A DNA stretch of 64,000 bases from Thermoflexales bacterium (GCA_041738395.1 JBGSPW010000025.1:4100-68099); one strand, 5' to 3'; shown: positions 44,739 to 54,633, counted from the first letter of the stretch. Made by a program: numbers and translations. Notes: generated from the letters alone by a model not told the origin.

Positions 44739-45722
44739 TCACACCACCAACCTCAAGGCCTTTGACACAGCGCCCTCGGCCATGTTCAGCATGTCGGCGA
44801 TGGTCGTTAGATCATCATCCAGGCTCTGTTGATACGCCCGAACCGCCGCCTGAATCAGCAGCAGATCGTTCGTCGCACCTTCGGCGATGCGATCGGCCTG
44901 ACGGCCCGACACGTGTCCGTGCAACAGCGGTTCGATCTTGTCAGACAGATCGGCGAGGCGCTTCTTGAATTCATCCGTCGCGCTCTCGATGATCTCTTCC
45001 TTCAAGTTTTCCGCTTCTTCACCGTGCAGCCGCACGACGTTGCAGGACGGGCGCAGTTTGCCCACCTGCCACATCGCCAGACCACGGATATAGGCGCGCA
45101 GCGCTTGCAGCTGCGGCTCGGCCCCGTCGTGACAGGGCACGAAGTACACGCCCCCCGTGCCGCGCAGACCCACCCGGTGCAGTTGTTCCAGCAATTTCCG
45201 CACGCCTTCGCGCACGTCATTGCCGTCGGCGTGATGGAGATAGTGGCGATACTTGTCCTCGATCTCCGTCACCACACCTTGCACGTTGCCGTTAGTCCAA
45301 CCATCTCGATCGTAAACAAACGTGCTGTCGGCGCGCTGCGCGTGACAGTCAAACTCCAACACGGCGACGGTCTGCAACGAGAGCTGCTTCCCGTGCTCGC
45401 TCGACGTTGGAATCGACGCTTCCCGCACCAGATGCCGCCGCAGCAACGGCGCACTGTCTGAGACGCGGCGCGTCAGCAGACGAACCACCGGCGGCACGCC
45501 ATACTGCAGGAAGACTTGATCGATCAGATGACTCGGCGGCTCCAACTTCAAACCGCGCTGACCGCCGACATTGGTCGCCTTCTCCCACGCATGACGCGCT
45601 GAAGCAGGGTTGGGCACACAATCGCTCGGCAGCCCGACGCGGCTGGCCAGTTGCAGCAAGTCGCTATACGCTGCCGATACATCCGGCACCGTCCACCAGG
45701 TCAAGAAACCCATCTCATTCAT
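44739..45722 (-). CDS. hypothetical protein (327 aa)
   Basis: Clean ORF. No motif recognised. Confidence 0.55.
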   Translation of the reverse strand: MNEMGFLTWWTVPDVSAAYSDLLQLASRVGLPSDCVPNPASARHAWEKATNVGGQRGLKLEPPSHLIDQVFLQYGVPPVVRLLTRRVSDSAPLLRRHLVREASIPTSSEHGKQLSLQTVAVLEFDCHAQRADSTFVYDRDGWTNGNVQGVVTEIEDKYRHYLHHADGNDVREGVRKLLEQLHRVGLRGTGGVYFVPCHDGAEPQLQALRAYIRGLAMWQVGKLRPSCNVVRLHGEEAENLKEEIIESATDEFKKRLADLSDKIEPLLHGHVSGRQADRIAEGATNDLLLIQAAVRAYQQSLDDDLTTIADMLNMAEGAVSKALRLVV

Positions 45723-45752
45723 GCTGACCTCCTGTCCATTGTGTGGCGTGAG

Positions 45753-46307
45753 TTACACGCCCTCGGGCGGGAGGTATTCCCAGCCCTCGAATTTGCCGTC
45801 TTGCAACGGCCCATAGATCAATCGGCCATAGTCACGGACATATTGCATGACCCAGTCCAGCGTAAGTTCCTTCGGCAGCCGGTAGCGCTTTTGCAGCGTC
45901 GGCCAGGGCACACCGATCTGGCTGAGATCATGCAACACGGTCAGCAGAAAATGCTCGTTGCCGGCCGGCATCTGGGGCACTTTCACTTCGTGGATCACGG
46001 CATCGGCCTGATCCGCGACCGGGGTGACACACCGCACGTTGGCCAACACGAGCCGGAGTTCGCCCACGCCGATCGGGGTGGTAGGCGGTGCGGCGACGGG
46101 CTGACCGCGCGCGGCGATTTGCCCGGACTGTACTGTGCGGATGTGCTTGCACGGTTGCCGGTTCCGCAGAAACGGCCAACAGCTGCAAATCAACTGGCCT
46201 TCCTGCGTGAGCGAGACCGTGTAGTAGGCCGAGGGATCGGACTCCGAAGGCACGTCCCACTGCTGCTCATAGCGCTTGGCATTGGACTTAGTCGTTGTCT
46301 TCCGCAT
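45753..46307 (-). CDS. SWIM zinc-finger protein
   Basis: CSCWPFLRNRQPCKHI fits the SWIM pattern CxCx(n)CxH. Confidence 0.65.
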   Translation of the reverse strand: MRKTTTKSNAKRYEQQWDVPSESDPSAYYTVSLTQEGQLICSCWPFLRNRQPCKHIRTVQSGQIAARGQPVAAPPTTPIGVGELRLVLANVRCVTPVADQADAVIHEVKVPQMPAGNEHFLLTVLHDLSQIGVPWPTLQKRYRLPKELTLDWVMQYVRDYGRLIYGPLQDGKFEGWEYLPPEGV

Positions 46308-46316
46308 GGCAACCTC

Positions 46317-47009
46317 CTAACTAAAACCTAAGCCCCGCTCTTTCAGCGAGACCCAGCGGGCTTGCCCGATCACAAGGTGATCGAGCACCTCGATATCGAG
46401 CAGTTGACCGGCACTGATCATGCCGCGCGTAACGCTCACGTCTTCGGGGCTGGGCTCCGGATCGCCTGATGGGTGATTGTGGAAAACAATCACCGCCGGG
46501 GCGTTACGCCGGATCGCTTCACGAAACACCTCGCCATTCCGCACGATGGACGAGTGGACGTTGCCGCGATAGATCGTGTCGATAGCCAGAATGCGGTTAC
46601 GCGTATCCAACGACATCACGCGCAACTCTTCCTGTTCCAACACGCCCATTTCGCCTAACAGCAGATCAGCGGCATCGCTCGGCGCGCGAATCTGCCGGCG
46701 TTCGGCGCCGCTACCCAGGTGAGCGCGGCGGCCCAACTCAATGGCGGCTTGCAACGCCGCCACCCGGTTCGGTCCCAGACCTTTGATGATGCCCAGATCC
46801 GCGACCGGCGCACGACACAGATCGTCGATGGTCGGATAGGTGGCCAGCACGCGCAAAGCCGTATCGGCGTCGCCAAGGACGGCGCCCAGCAGTTCGACCA
46901 GGGCCACATTCTTCGCGCCGGATTGTGTGACGCGCGTGGCCGGGGTCTCTCGTAACACGCGCAGCGAGGGCTGCGCCGACGGCAAGTTGCCGAATTGCAG
47001 TTGTCCCAT
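46317..47009 (-). CDS. radC: RadC-family JAB/MPN domain protein
   Basis: HhH-like N-terminus, JAMM motif VFHNHPSGDPEPSPED. GGAGG SD. Confidence 0.85.
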   Translation of the reverse strand: MGQLQFGNLPSAQPSLRVLRETPATRVTQSGAKNVALVELLGAVLGDADTALRVLATYPTIDDLCRAPVADLGIIKGLGPNRVAALQAAIELGRRAHLGSGAERRQIRAPSDAADLLLGEMGVLEQEELRVMSLDTRNRILAIDTIYRGNVHSSIVRNGEVFREAIRRNAPAVIVFHNHPSGDPEPSPEDVSVTRGMISAGQLLDIEVLDHLVIGQARWVSLKERGLGFS

Positions 47010-47110
47010 AGGTCCTCCTGTTCAGTGACATGGTGTTTTGTTGGTCGATGACGATCGGGATCGTCGGCATGGTGTTGGTCGAAAAGTGGAACGATTTCGA
47101 CCGCAACAGA

Positions 47111-47215
47111 GGTAGATACAGGGTGAGGCACGTGGTGAGCATCAGAGGAACAACCGCGCTGCTCGAGGTAGAGAAAAGACTCCAGCCCATTCAAAAAGAA
47201 TGAGCCATGAGACAA
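47111..47215 (-). repeat. structured intergenic element, copy B
   Basis: Same CACGTG box. Hairpins GAGCATC/GCTGCTC and CATTC/GAATG. Confidence 0.8.
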
Positions 47216-47339
47216 CTGGTTAAGAAAGATTGACCGATGGTCAGAAGTTGACCCGCACTCCGGGGCCAGGCTGGCTTTACCACGTTACCAGCCTGGCCCG
47301 CTCAAAGGCTAAAGGAGTTTTTACGGAACTCATTCGACC

Positions 47340-47480
47340 TTACCCGCGGTGACAATACGTACTCATCCGATCGTTGATCGGCTGCTGCTGCGCGGCGCGG
47401 CTGAATCCGATCAGCCAGGCAACCGCGCCTGTCACCAGCAGGCCTCCACCAAGGACTAAAGCGATTAACTCGACACCCAT
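47340..47480 (-). CDS. 46-aa single-TM peptide (below the ORF-track cutoff)
   Basis: Hand translation gives MGVELIALVLGGGLLVTGAVAWLIGF... AAAGGAG SD. Confidence 0.4.
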   Translation of the reverse strand: MGVELIALVLGGGLLVTGAVAWLIGFSRAAQQQPINDRMSTYCHRG

Positions 47481-47494
47481 GCTGCTCCTTTCTA

Positions 47495-47553
47495 TCTGAA
47501 AAGTTGAACCTACCTCCCTGTGTCAATAGCGCGCATTGACACAGGGAGGTAGG
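47495..47553 (-). terminator. rho-independent terminator (19-bp perfect stem + TTCAACTTTTCAG)
   Basis: CCTACCTCCCTGTGTCAAT / ATTGACACAGGGAGGTAGG. A second 12-bp hairpin lies at about 47601..47641. Confidence 0.65.
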
Positions 47554-47648
47554 CTCAACCAGTAGACAAACAAGAGCATGAGTTGCCGGACAGACGCTTG
47601 TGCCACAACCCGTCGGTGTTGTTTGTACCAACGGGTTGTGGCATTCAG

Positions 47649-47885
47649 CTAGTGCATGCGCCGACGCCATTCACCAGGTCGCGCGGGGATAGCCGTCTGC
47701 TCGAAGAAGACGACCAACTTTTCCGCGCGTCCGGCGCCGAACGTCTGCGCCATCATGTGTTGCATCGTCGCCGGTGAAGCGGGGTGTTCCCACTTGAACA
47801 CGTGGAACCACTCTCGTTCCGCGGGCGACAAGGTCGCCAGGGACAGCGCGGCAGGCTGATCCAGCTGTTGGCCCGTGTCCGCCAT
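47649..47885 (-). CDS. hypothetical protein (78 aa)
   Basis: Internal Met chosen to avoid overlap with 47963..48244. Confidence 0.35.
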   Translation of the reverse strand: MADTGQQLDQPAALSLATLSPAEREWFHVFKWEHPASPATMQHMMAQTFGAGRAEKLVVFFEQTAIPARPGEWRRRMH

Positions 47886-47962
47886 CGCCCTAGCGCGTCG
47901 CCCGCGTGTAGCGCGGGACACGACGATGCGGCGGACCGCTGGGCGCCGTGGAAACAACGCCG

Positions 47963-48244
47963 TCAACGAGAGCATGATCGCCCCCGTCGTCGTCGCGGTA
48001 CGCACGGCCGGTAGGCCTGCGGCGCAGGCGGCACGCGACTTTGAATCGTCAGGCGGAAGGGGCCTAGGCTGATCTGCCAGCGGCCTTCCCGCTTGACGAT
48101 GTCACTCAACCGCCGGGCTGCGAAAACGGCCGCCAGCACACTGATCAACGTGACGCCCAGCATCGCCAGCGGATGCTCGCCGTGCAACGCCTGCTCGGCC
48201 GCAACCCCACTGGCAAAGACCACGAACGTATACAGAATCAACAT
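47963..48244 (-). CDS. hypothetical membrane protein (93 aa)
   Basis: GGAGAAAACACCATG start context. Two hydrophobic helices. Confidence 0.5.
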   Translation of the reverse strand: MLILYTFVVFASGVAAEQALHGEHPLAMLGVTLISVLAAVFAARRLSDIVKREGRWQISLGPFRLTIQSRVPPAPQAYRPCVPRRRRGRSCSR

Positions 48245-48254
48245 GGTGTTTTCT

Positions 48255-48293
48255 CCCAAATACGCGGAGGCTCACATGACTGTGAGCCTCCGC
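48255..48293 (-). terminator. hairpin GCGGAGGCTCACA/TGTGAGCCTCCGC followed by GTATTTGG
   Basis: Read directly. Lies downstream of the 57-aa gene. Confidence 0.5.
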
Positions 48294-48328
48294 GTCCATT
48301 GTGATATTCAGTTGTCAGGTCGAATCAA

Positions 48329-48502
48329 CTAGCTGCGCTGTGCCTTGCGCGCGAACGACTTGCGCGTCAGACCGCGTTCGCTGTGGCGCGTGGCGATCGG
48401 TTCATCGACCACGCGGACCGTCTTATTCAGGCGGCGCTCAGCGGCGGTATACGGCGACAGGCGATTGCGGCGAGACTTCAGGGTGTTATCAATAGGTGAC
48501 AT
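48329..48502 (-). CDS. 57-aa basic protein (below the ORF-track cutoff)
   Basis: Hand translation gives MSPIDNTLKSRRNRLSPYTAAERRLNKTVRVV... GGAGAAAACACCATG start context. Confidence 0.4.
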   Translation of the reverse strand: MSPIDNTLKSRRNRLSPYTAAERRLNKTVRVVDEPIATRHSERGLTRKSFARKAQRS

Positions 48503-48563
48503 GGTGTTTTCTCCTAAGCATGGTGTGATAAGCCAGGCCGTCTCACGGCGGCCTGATCAGTTC

Positions 48564-48872
48564 TTACTGCTGATCAGCATATTGCAACAAGCTATCCCAC
48601 ACCGGATCATCCGCGGCGGGTTCAGCGAGATCGGTCGGCAGCGCCGCACGGTGCAGTAACGATCCACCTGGCGCGGAACCACGCGGCGCGCGATTCTGCA
48701 GGGCCTCGTACTGCGCCTGCAATACCGCAGTACGCAACGGCTGTTCGGCCTGCTGCGTCTTCATGAGACGCAGCCGCCAACCCTCAGCCTTCAGGCGCGG
48801 CCACAGCAGGAGGGCCTGAATGACGACCACCAACACGAAGAGGACGATCAACAACGGCAATACTTGGGACAT
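48564..48872 (-). CDS. hypothetical single-TM protein (102 aa)
   Basis: GGAGAACACACCATG start context. N-terminal TM LPLLIVLFVLVVVIQALLLW. Confidence 0.5.
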   Translation of the reverse strand: MSQVLPLLIVLFVLVVVIQALLLWPRLKAEGWRLRLMKTQQAEQPLRTAVLQAQYEALQNRAPRGSAPGGSLLHRAALPTDLAEPAADDPVWDSLLQYADQQ

Positions 48873-49020
48873 GGTGTGTTCTCCTGGAACATGGTATTGA
48901 GTGACGGCAAACGGCCGCCGCGCACTGCATCGAGAGCATGGTGTTGACTGCGGTGATCGCTTGACCACCGGACATGGCGCGGACGGCAGGCGGGGAGGCG
49001 CTGCCGACCAAACAACCAGA

Positions 49021-49203
49021 GGTCGATTCAGAGTGAGGCACGTGAGGTCACTTGAAAAAGTGACGAGGTGGATACAAACCGAGAGGTGGATACAGGGTGA
49101 AGCACGTGAGGGTCAATGTGAAACACAAGACCCAGGTAGAGAAAAAACTCAATGCTCATCAAAAAATGAGCAAAGAGAACGAGAATAAAGAAAGAGGAAA
49201 AGG
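49021..49203 (-). repeat. structured intergenic element, copy C (box duplicated)
   Basis: Two (G)AGTGA(G/A)GCACGTGAGG boxes. Hairpins GTCACTT/AAGTGAC and GCTCAT/ATGAGC. Confidence 0.75.
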
Positions 49204-49404
49204 GAACTACACCAGGGGACTGTCTGGCCCCTGGTGTAGTCAAACTGCGAGACGGCTAGTTCGGCGAGATGACTACAGAATTCATGCGGTCAGCTTCGCC
49301 CGACGGCACTGGCGTAGCCGCACTGGCAACACTCCCAGTATGCAAACGTCCTGTCTGTGTTGTAGACCGGACGCATTTCATGGTGAGCTTGATCGTGTTC
49401 CATC

Positions 49405-49671
49405 TCAAACTCTTTGACGGGCTGCAGCTTGTCGGACTTGATTCGCTGCTGCCCGGTGACATGCCAGATCGAGCCAGTCGCTCGTCTCCAACTGGAGCGC
49501 CTGATGATAGACCTCCCATTCAGGCAACTTGAGGTTGAGCGCGCGGACTTGTGGCAGCGGCACACCCTCGTGGGCGATGACGCGATCGGCGAGTACCGCA
49601 TAGTTGTGGCGCGTGATGGACAATCCATTCGCCTCTTTCAAAACGGCCGCTTGAATTTCCGCGAGGGTCAT
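49405..49671 (-). CDS. hypothetical protein (88 aa)
   Basis: Starts 6 nt after the upstream stop. The 3' end is uncertain (see the rejected note on 49290..49628). Confidence 0.4.
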   Translation of the reverse strand: MTLAEIQAAVLKEANGLSITRHNYAVLADRVIAHEGVPLPQVRALNLKLPEWEVYHQALQLETSDWLDLACHRAAANQVRQAAARQRV

Positions 49672-49677
49672 GATGCC

Positions 49678-50490
49678 CTAGCCTTCGGGCAGACCCGTGA
49701 CCAACGCGCAGGCCGGCGCGATCGTCACGACCGTCGCGTCACCGGCGCATTTCACAGTGTTCTGATCCCACAACATGGCCCGCACGTCGCCGTCCAGTAA
49801 TTCCACGCGCGTTACGGCGAGTTCATTGTCCGGGTCCATCACGCCCGGCGTCTGACCGGGTTCGGGGATAACAATCTCCACGTGCTCGCTCAAGAAGATG
49901 AGCACCTCTTGAGTCCCGACCGAATCCTCGCTGCCGTCATGCAGCGTAAAGCGGAAAGAGGTCGGCGTGGACGCAGTAGCGGTGGGCCAGGCGGTGGCGT
50001 ACGGCGCTAACACAGCCCGCGCGGCAATCACCCTCTGCCGGGCAATATCCGGATCAGTCCGCGGGTGATCGACGGTCTGGCAGAGAGCGTCCTGCGCCAT
50101 CTCCAACAGGCCTTCAGTGCGGCGCACGGCGTCCGCTAAACCCCAGGCCGGCGGCAAGCTGATGATCCCGAAGCGGGCGCGTAGCGCTTCCGCATCGGCC
50201 TCTGTCACTTTGCGCCAACCCAGCATCAGACACTGGTGCATCACGCCGCTGATCTCGACCACATCGCCCGTGCTCAACGAGCGGATGGATTGCCAGCCGG
50301 GGCGCTCCTCATCATTCAGCTGGGCGAAGATCAACTCCGGATTACTCAACTGTCCCGCCTCGCCATCAACCAGCGCGACCGCGCCGAAATCGTCCGGCGT
50401 GAACGGCCCGTCGAACATCTGATCGCGGCTGAGGCAAAACGGATCACGAGTTTTGTAGTACACGCGAATGGGCTGAGGCACGGCGTTCAT
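49678..50490 (-). CDS. hypothetical protein (270 aa)
   Basis: ATGA overlap with the upstream gene. Confidence 0.55.
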   Translation of the reverse strand: MNAVPQPIRVYYKTRDPFCLSRDQMFDGPFTPDDFGAVALVDGEAGQLSNPELIFAQLNDEERPGWQSIRSLSTGDVVEISGVMHQCLMLGWRKVTEADAEALRARFGIISLPPAWGLADAVRRTEGLLEMAQDALCQTVDHPRTDPDIARQRVIAARAVLAPYATAWPTATASTPTSFRFTLHDGSEDSVGTQEVLIFLSEHVEIVIPEPGQTPGVMDPDNELAVTRVELLDGDVRAMLWDQNTVKCAGDATVVTIAPACALVTGLPEG

Positions 50491-51113
50491 GCGCCCTCCT
50501 GATCAGGAGCGACCGGCGCATCGAGCGCGTCTTCTTCAGCACCCTCTTCGGTCGCATGCACGTAGAACTTGTAACCGCAATCGAGGCAGGTGTGCGACTG
50601 AAGCACTGCGCCGCAGCCGCTGCACTTATCAGCGGCTGCTGTGAACTCCGTCCGTGCGCCGCACTGCGGGCACGTCGGAGGCTGATCAGTCATGAAGTAG
50701 TGGTTGTCTTCTTCCGCTCCGTTGAGCGGCCGCCCTTCGTCATCGAGATCAGGCAACTCCGTCACGCACTCGACCACTTCGGCATACACTTTGCCGTTGG
50801 AGCCCAGCAGCAGTTTGACGCTGTTCTCCCAGGCATAGGTACGGTCGAACTCGCCGACTTCGAGGAAGCCACCGTCCGGTTTCCGGCCGGGCATCGGCGC
50901 GAAAGTGACCACCTCATGCCACGGGAAGTCGCGAATCGCGGCCACCGCTTTCTCCAATACCGCCGCGTCCTGATGTAGATTGTGTTGGCGCAGCAGCGCT
51001 CCGATCGACGGCGCGCGCAAATCCTGAATCGCGTACAGAGCGACCATGGCTTGCAGGACATTCTGTAACTGGGGCAAGGCGTTCGCTTCGATTTTCTGAG
51101 AATCATTAGGCAT
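50487..51113 (-). CDS. hypothetical protein with C-terminal zinc ribbons
   Basis: CPQCG...CSGCG...CLDCG Cys pairs. Confidence 0.55.
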   Translation of the reverse strand: MPNDSQKIEANALPQLQNVLQAMVALYAIQDLRAPSIGALLRQHNLHQDAAVLEKAVAAIRDFPWHEVVTFAPMPGRKPDGGFLEVGEFDRTYAWENSVKLLLGSNGKVYAEVVECVTELPDLDDEGRPLNGAEEDNHYFMTDQPPTCPQCGARTEFTAAADKCSGCGAVLQSHTCLDCGYKFYVHATEEGAEEDALDAPVAPDQEGA

Positions 51114-51181
51114 CGTGTCCTCCTGTATGAGAACGACAAACGCCGGGGGATCGGACCCTCAGCGTTTGTCGCACCTGGTGT

Positions 51182-51439
51182 CTACTTCTTTTTCCGTTGC
51201 CTGGTCGGAGGCTTTTCAGTCGCCGTACATGGCGCGAACGGATGTTGGCGCTGGAACTTCTGGAGCGCTCCTTTGGTCGTGCGCGCGGTCGGACCTGCGA
51301 GGTCGCAGTGTTGGCAGACCGCCTTGTGCAAGCGGCACCAAAGTTCGTTATCGGCATCCCATTCCTCGCCGGCCTCTACCGTCACGAGCGAATGACCGTT
51401 GTGCAACATCACGTCAGGCTTGGCGTTAGGCTTTGGCAT
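51182..51439 (-). CDS. hypothetical protein (85 aa)
   Basis: The internal Met start overlaps the end of 51426..51806. Confidence 0.4.
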   Translation of the reverse strand: MPKPNAKPDVMLHNGHSLVTVEAGEEWDADNELWCRLHKAVCQHCDLAGPTARTTKGALQKFQRQHPFAPCTATEKPPTRQRKKK

Positions 51440-51806
51440 GGCGACCACCCTGTTTCCAGTTCTGCCACGCCAGGTAGGCCTCGTGAAAGGCTGCATCCGT
51501 GGTTTTCCATACACCGCGTTGGATGTCCCTTTGCACTTCGCGATAGGCCAGCCAGGCGCGCACCATCTCCGCTTTCGGATGGCGGCCCGGCACCTGGTGC
51601 GGTTGCAATTCGCCGCAGGCTTGATCGAGCGTGTTCCACACCCGTTGCGGGATCGGCTTGCCGGTGACACACAGCGTAAGCCAGCGATCGAGCGCCTGCG
51701 CGATCGGATCGAGCGACGTCCCCGCCGACTTAGAGACGGTCGTTGGGGACCGGCGGCTCCGGCGAGCGATAGAGGAGCGAGTGACAGAGGACGAGCGGCG
51801 CTTCAT
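51426..51806 (-). CDS. hypothetical protein (126 aa)
   Basis: 4-nt overlap with the upstream gene. Confidence 0.45.
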   Translation of the reverse strand: MKRRSSSVTRSSIARRSRRSPTTVSKSAGTSLDPIAQALDRWLTLCVTGKPIPQRVWNTLDQACGELQPHQVPGRHPKAEMVRAWLAYREVQRDIQRGVWKTTDAAFHEAYLAWQNWKQGGRHAKA

Positions 51807-52234
51807 GCGTCCACCTCTTCCTCGTCGTCATCTTCCGTTTCCTCTTCCTCAGCGGCTCCCACGCATTTCGCACAGCGCCCATCATCTTCTGCCGCGCAAT
51901 CGGCGCACAGCACCGCGCCGCAGTCGGGGCAGGTTTGCGAACAGTCCACGCCACTGGTGTAGCAGTTGTCGCAACAGTCATCGCCGCCTGCTTCTTCCAA
52001 GGCCTCGTCAAACTCGTCGGTGTCTTCGTCGTCGATATCTTCGCTGCCGAGACTTTGGATATCCGCTAGCGTATCGCGCATTTCTTGCGCGGCGTTGTAG
52101 ATGGCCGACGACAGATCGGAACCGCCCGCCACCAGGTGCTCCACGGTGTCGACCAGTTCACCCAGAATTCCGCCGTCCGTTGGGCCGAAATCGGTTTCGA
52201 TCAAGCGCTTAAATTCTTCAAAAGTCAGCGTCAT
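51803..52234 (-). CDS. highly acidic 143-aa protein with Cys-rich zinc-ribbon-like core
   Basis: 45 D/E versus about 5 K/R by hand count. CCDNC..C..C..CPDCG..C..C..C..C. AGGAGG SD. Confidence 0.6.
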   Translation of the reverse strand: MTLTFEEFKRLIETDFGPTDGGILGELVDTVEHLVAGGSDLSSAIYNAAQEMRDTLADIQSLGSEDIDDEDTDEFDEALEEAGGDDCCDNCYTSGVDCSQTCPDCGAVLCADCAAEDDGRCAKCVGAAEEEETEDDDEEEVDA

Positions 52235-52257
52235 AGTGACACCTCCTGAGCGCATGG

Positions 52258-54033
52258 CTAGGCAGCGGCTTGTTTTTCGATGAACGACGCCAGCCGCTTC
52301 TGCTCCGTCTCGTACTTCTTCATCGCGGCCGCCAGCTGCTGCTTCAAGCGCGGCAATTGACCATCGAGCGCGGCGCCAACTTTGAGATCGCGGGAGACAG
52401 CGGACAGTTTGCGATCGGCCGCGTGCAGGGCTTCCAACACAGTCCGCGCCGCCATTTCGCGCTGTTGCGCGTCCTGGAGACTGCGCGACCCGTATTTCAG
52501 GATGTCGGACTGCCACGTGTCGTCGATGGCGGACACGTCTGCCGACCATTCGCCATACTCTTCTTGGCAGTAGTCGCACAACTGTCCTACATCCTCGTCG
52601 GCAATCTTCAGCAGCCAGCCACGGAAAACGTCGGCATACTCACCGAACGTCTTCAGCATCTGGGAGGCCGGTCCAGCCAGCACGACGAGAGGTTGATCGT
52701 TATCAACACTCAGGCCGCCCGCGCTCTTCAGATAAAACGGCAGGTCTTCGCCGCGCCAGGTGATGCGCTTGGCCGTGGCGACCAGGTTCCCACTCCGCTG
52801 CTTTTCGCCACAGACTTCCACGGCTTCATACCGACCCGCCTTCAATTCTTCCTCAGTCGCGTAACGCAGCCCCAGCGTGCGCTGGGTCTGCAACAACCAG
52901 GTCATGATGGTGTCGGCATCGGCGCGATCGATGACCAGCGCCTGGTCGCGGCGCGAGAGCACGTCATATCCAGGTCCCCCGAATTCCAGGGTGGGATACG
53001 TGCCCGGTCCATCGTCACTGTTTTCCCACTGCACCTGATACCCGGCGTAATCTTCAGCGTGCAGCCGCGACCACCCGAGTAACTCGCGCATGACGCGGCG
53101 CACATCTTCAATGCCGATATAGCGGTTGAGGCCCCTGATCTCCGTCACGCTGTCGGGCAGCCGGTCAACGTAAGCCTTGATCAGCCCCAACGCATGATCA
53201 CAGAGTGCCTGAGCGATAATCTGACACGCCGCCTTGAGATGCACGTCCACCTGCAGATCGTTCCGATCGGGCAGTTTGGGCGTTACCCCACAGGCCGGAT
53301 CAACAAACCAGGTGAACTGCGGATAGTTATCATAGATGCTCCGCAGGCAGACGGGCTGTTTCTGAAAGGCCGTATTCAATTCATCGGCGAAAGCATTGGA
53401 TTTCAGATCGCGCCATTCCCAAACCGCGGTGTTCGTGCGCGGCTTCTGGTAGTCGCCCTGGTTGAAGTACACCCGGCCAACCGGCGTGTTGATCATGAGC
53501 TCATGCTGGACCAGCGCCGGGTCGATGATCTCGCCGTCGAACGTCACCTTGAACGGGTAGAAGGCCCGCGCCTGCCGAATCTCGTCTTTCAGATCGGCGT
53601 GCTGCTCTTTGAGATAGAGCGTCAGGCTAAAGCCAACCGCCGGTTCGGCGTCAAACACTTTGGCGGAAGCCAGTTCTTTGGCGGCGCATTTCCATTCAGC
53701 GCGCCAGTCAGCAGAGCGAGCGATCACGCGTTCGATCAACTTGCCATTCAGCACGGAGATAAAGCCCATGCCGGCCGCCTCGACGACCTGGGTTTCATCC
53801 CAGTCGCTGCGGCCAATGCACATGAGCGCTTCCACATCCGGGCAGCCACGCCCGTTGTCCGTGATGGTCAGGATTGTTTGCGTCGCATCGAGCGTGACCT
53901 GCACTTCGGTCGCGCCGGCGCGATGCGCGTTCTGGAAAACTTCGCGCAACGTCGCCAGCCAGCCGCCGAAGAAGCGGGGAACTTCATGGATGAAGCGTTC
54001 GGCGATACTGGGTTTCACCATTCGATGGGTCAT
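52258..54033 (-). CDS. GHKL-superfamily ATPase (HATPase_c-like N-terminus)
   Basis: N-box-like EVFQNAHRAGA and G1 box ITDNGRGC. Confidence 0.6.
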   Translation of the reverse strand: MTHRMVKPSIAERFIHEVPRFFGGWLATLREVFQNAHRAGATEVQVTLDATQTILTITDNGRGCPDVEALMCIGRSDWDETQVVEAAGMGFISVLNGKLIERVIARSADWRAEWKCAAKELASAKVFDAEPAVGFSLTLYLKEQHADLKDEIRQARAFYPFKVTFDGEIIDPALVQHELMINTPVGRVYFNQGDYQKPRTNTAVWEWRDLKSNAFADELNTAFQKQPVCLRSIYDNYPQFTWFVDPACGVTPKLPDRNDLQVDVHLKAACQIIAQALCDHALGLIKAYVDRLPDSVTEIRGLNRYIGIEDVRRVMRELLGWSRLHAEDYAGYQVQWENSDDGPGTYPTLEFGGPGYDVLSRRDQALVIDRADADTIMTWLLQTQRTLGLRYATEEELKAGRYEAVEVCGEKQRSGNLVATAKRITWRGEDLPFYLKSAGGLSVDNDQPLVVLAGPASQMLKTFGEYADVFRGWLLKIADEDVGQLCDYCQEEYGEWSADVSAIDDTWQSDILKYGSRSLQDAQQREMAARTVLEALHAADRKLSAVSRDLKVGAALDGQLPRLKQQLAAAMKKYETEQKRLASFIEKQAAA

Positions 54034-54380
54034 AGGGTTTCTCCTTTTGCGCTGAGCCGCTGGCCAGCGCCATGATGTTTTTGCGGCCGTTCGCTATCGT
54101 CGTTCAGTTGAGCGATGACGGCGAGAACCGCCTGACGGTTTTCGGTCAGGATGCGATCGAATTCTTCCGGCCTCAGATCGAAGGGGTAGATCGGTTTGTA
54201 GTCTCGCGTGAAATCAGGCAGCGAGACGTAATGGTAGGCGTTACGGCCCCGCCATTTTGTTTCAAACACTCCGATATTTGCCGAGTGATCGTCGCACGAC
54301 TGCACGACTATTTCAGCGCCCGCGACCTGAATGACGCAACCTTCATAGAAACACCCCATGTCACACCTGGGGTGATCCAT
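54030..54380 (-). CDS. hypothetical protein (start 54380 or 54359)
   Basis: 4-nt overlap with the GHKL gene start. Confidence 0.45.
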   Translation of the reverse strand: MDHPRCDMGCFYEGCVIQVAGAEIVVQSCDDHSANIGVFETKWRGRNAYHYVSLPDFTRDYKPIYPFDLRPEEFDRILTENRQAVLAVIAQLNDDSERPQKHHGAGQRLSAKGETL

Positions 54381-54633
54381 ACTTGGCGATCACCGCAGCG
54401 CGCCAGTGCGTGAGCAATGCCATCACCGTATCCACATCACCGGTGAGTTCCGCCAGCGGCGCAGTAACTAACGCCGCCGACCAGCTCTGCGCCAGCACCC
54501 GGGCCGCCTCGAAAGCCGCCCATGAAGTCAAGTCGGCATCGCGGATGATGATCGGATCGCCGTCTTGAGCGGAGAGGTGCAACAGATCATTCGCGCTTGG
54601 CATAGCGGATTTAACGGTTGTCCGATCGCTCAT
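54361..54633 (-). CDS. hypothetical protein (90 aa)
   Basis: ATGA overlap with the upstream stop. Confidence 0.45.
   Translation of the reverse strand: MSDRTTVKSAMPSANDLLHLSAQDGDPIIIRDADLTSWAAFEAARVLAQSWSAALVTAPLAELTGDVDTVMALLTHWRAAVIAKYGSPQV

Noticed and set aside
49290-49628. Alternative-frame ORF whose tail (MEHDQAHHEMRPVYNTDRTFAYWECCQCGYASAVGRS) looks like a small Cys-containing peptide, possibly linked by a frameshift to 49405..49671
   Set aside because: I could not decide between two overlapping frames without homologs. Only the SD-coupled 88-aa ORF is reported, at low confidence.
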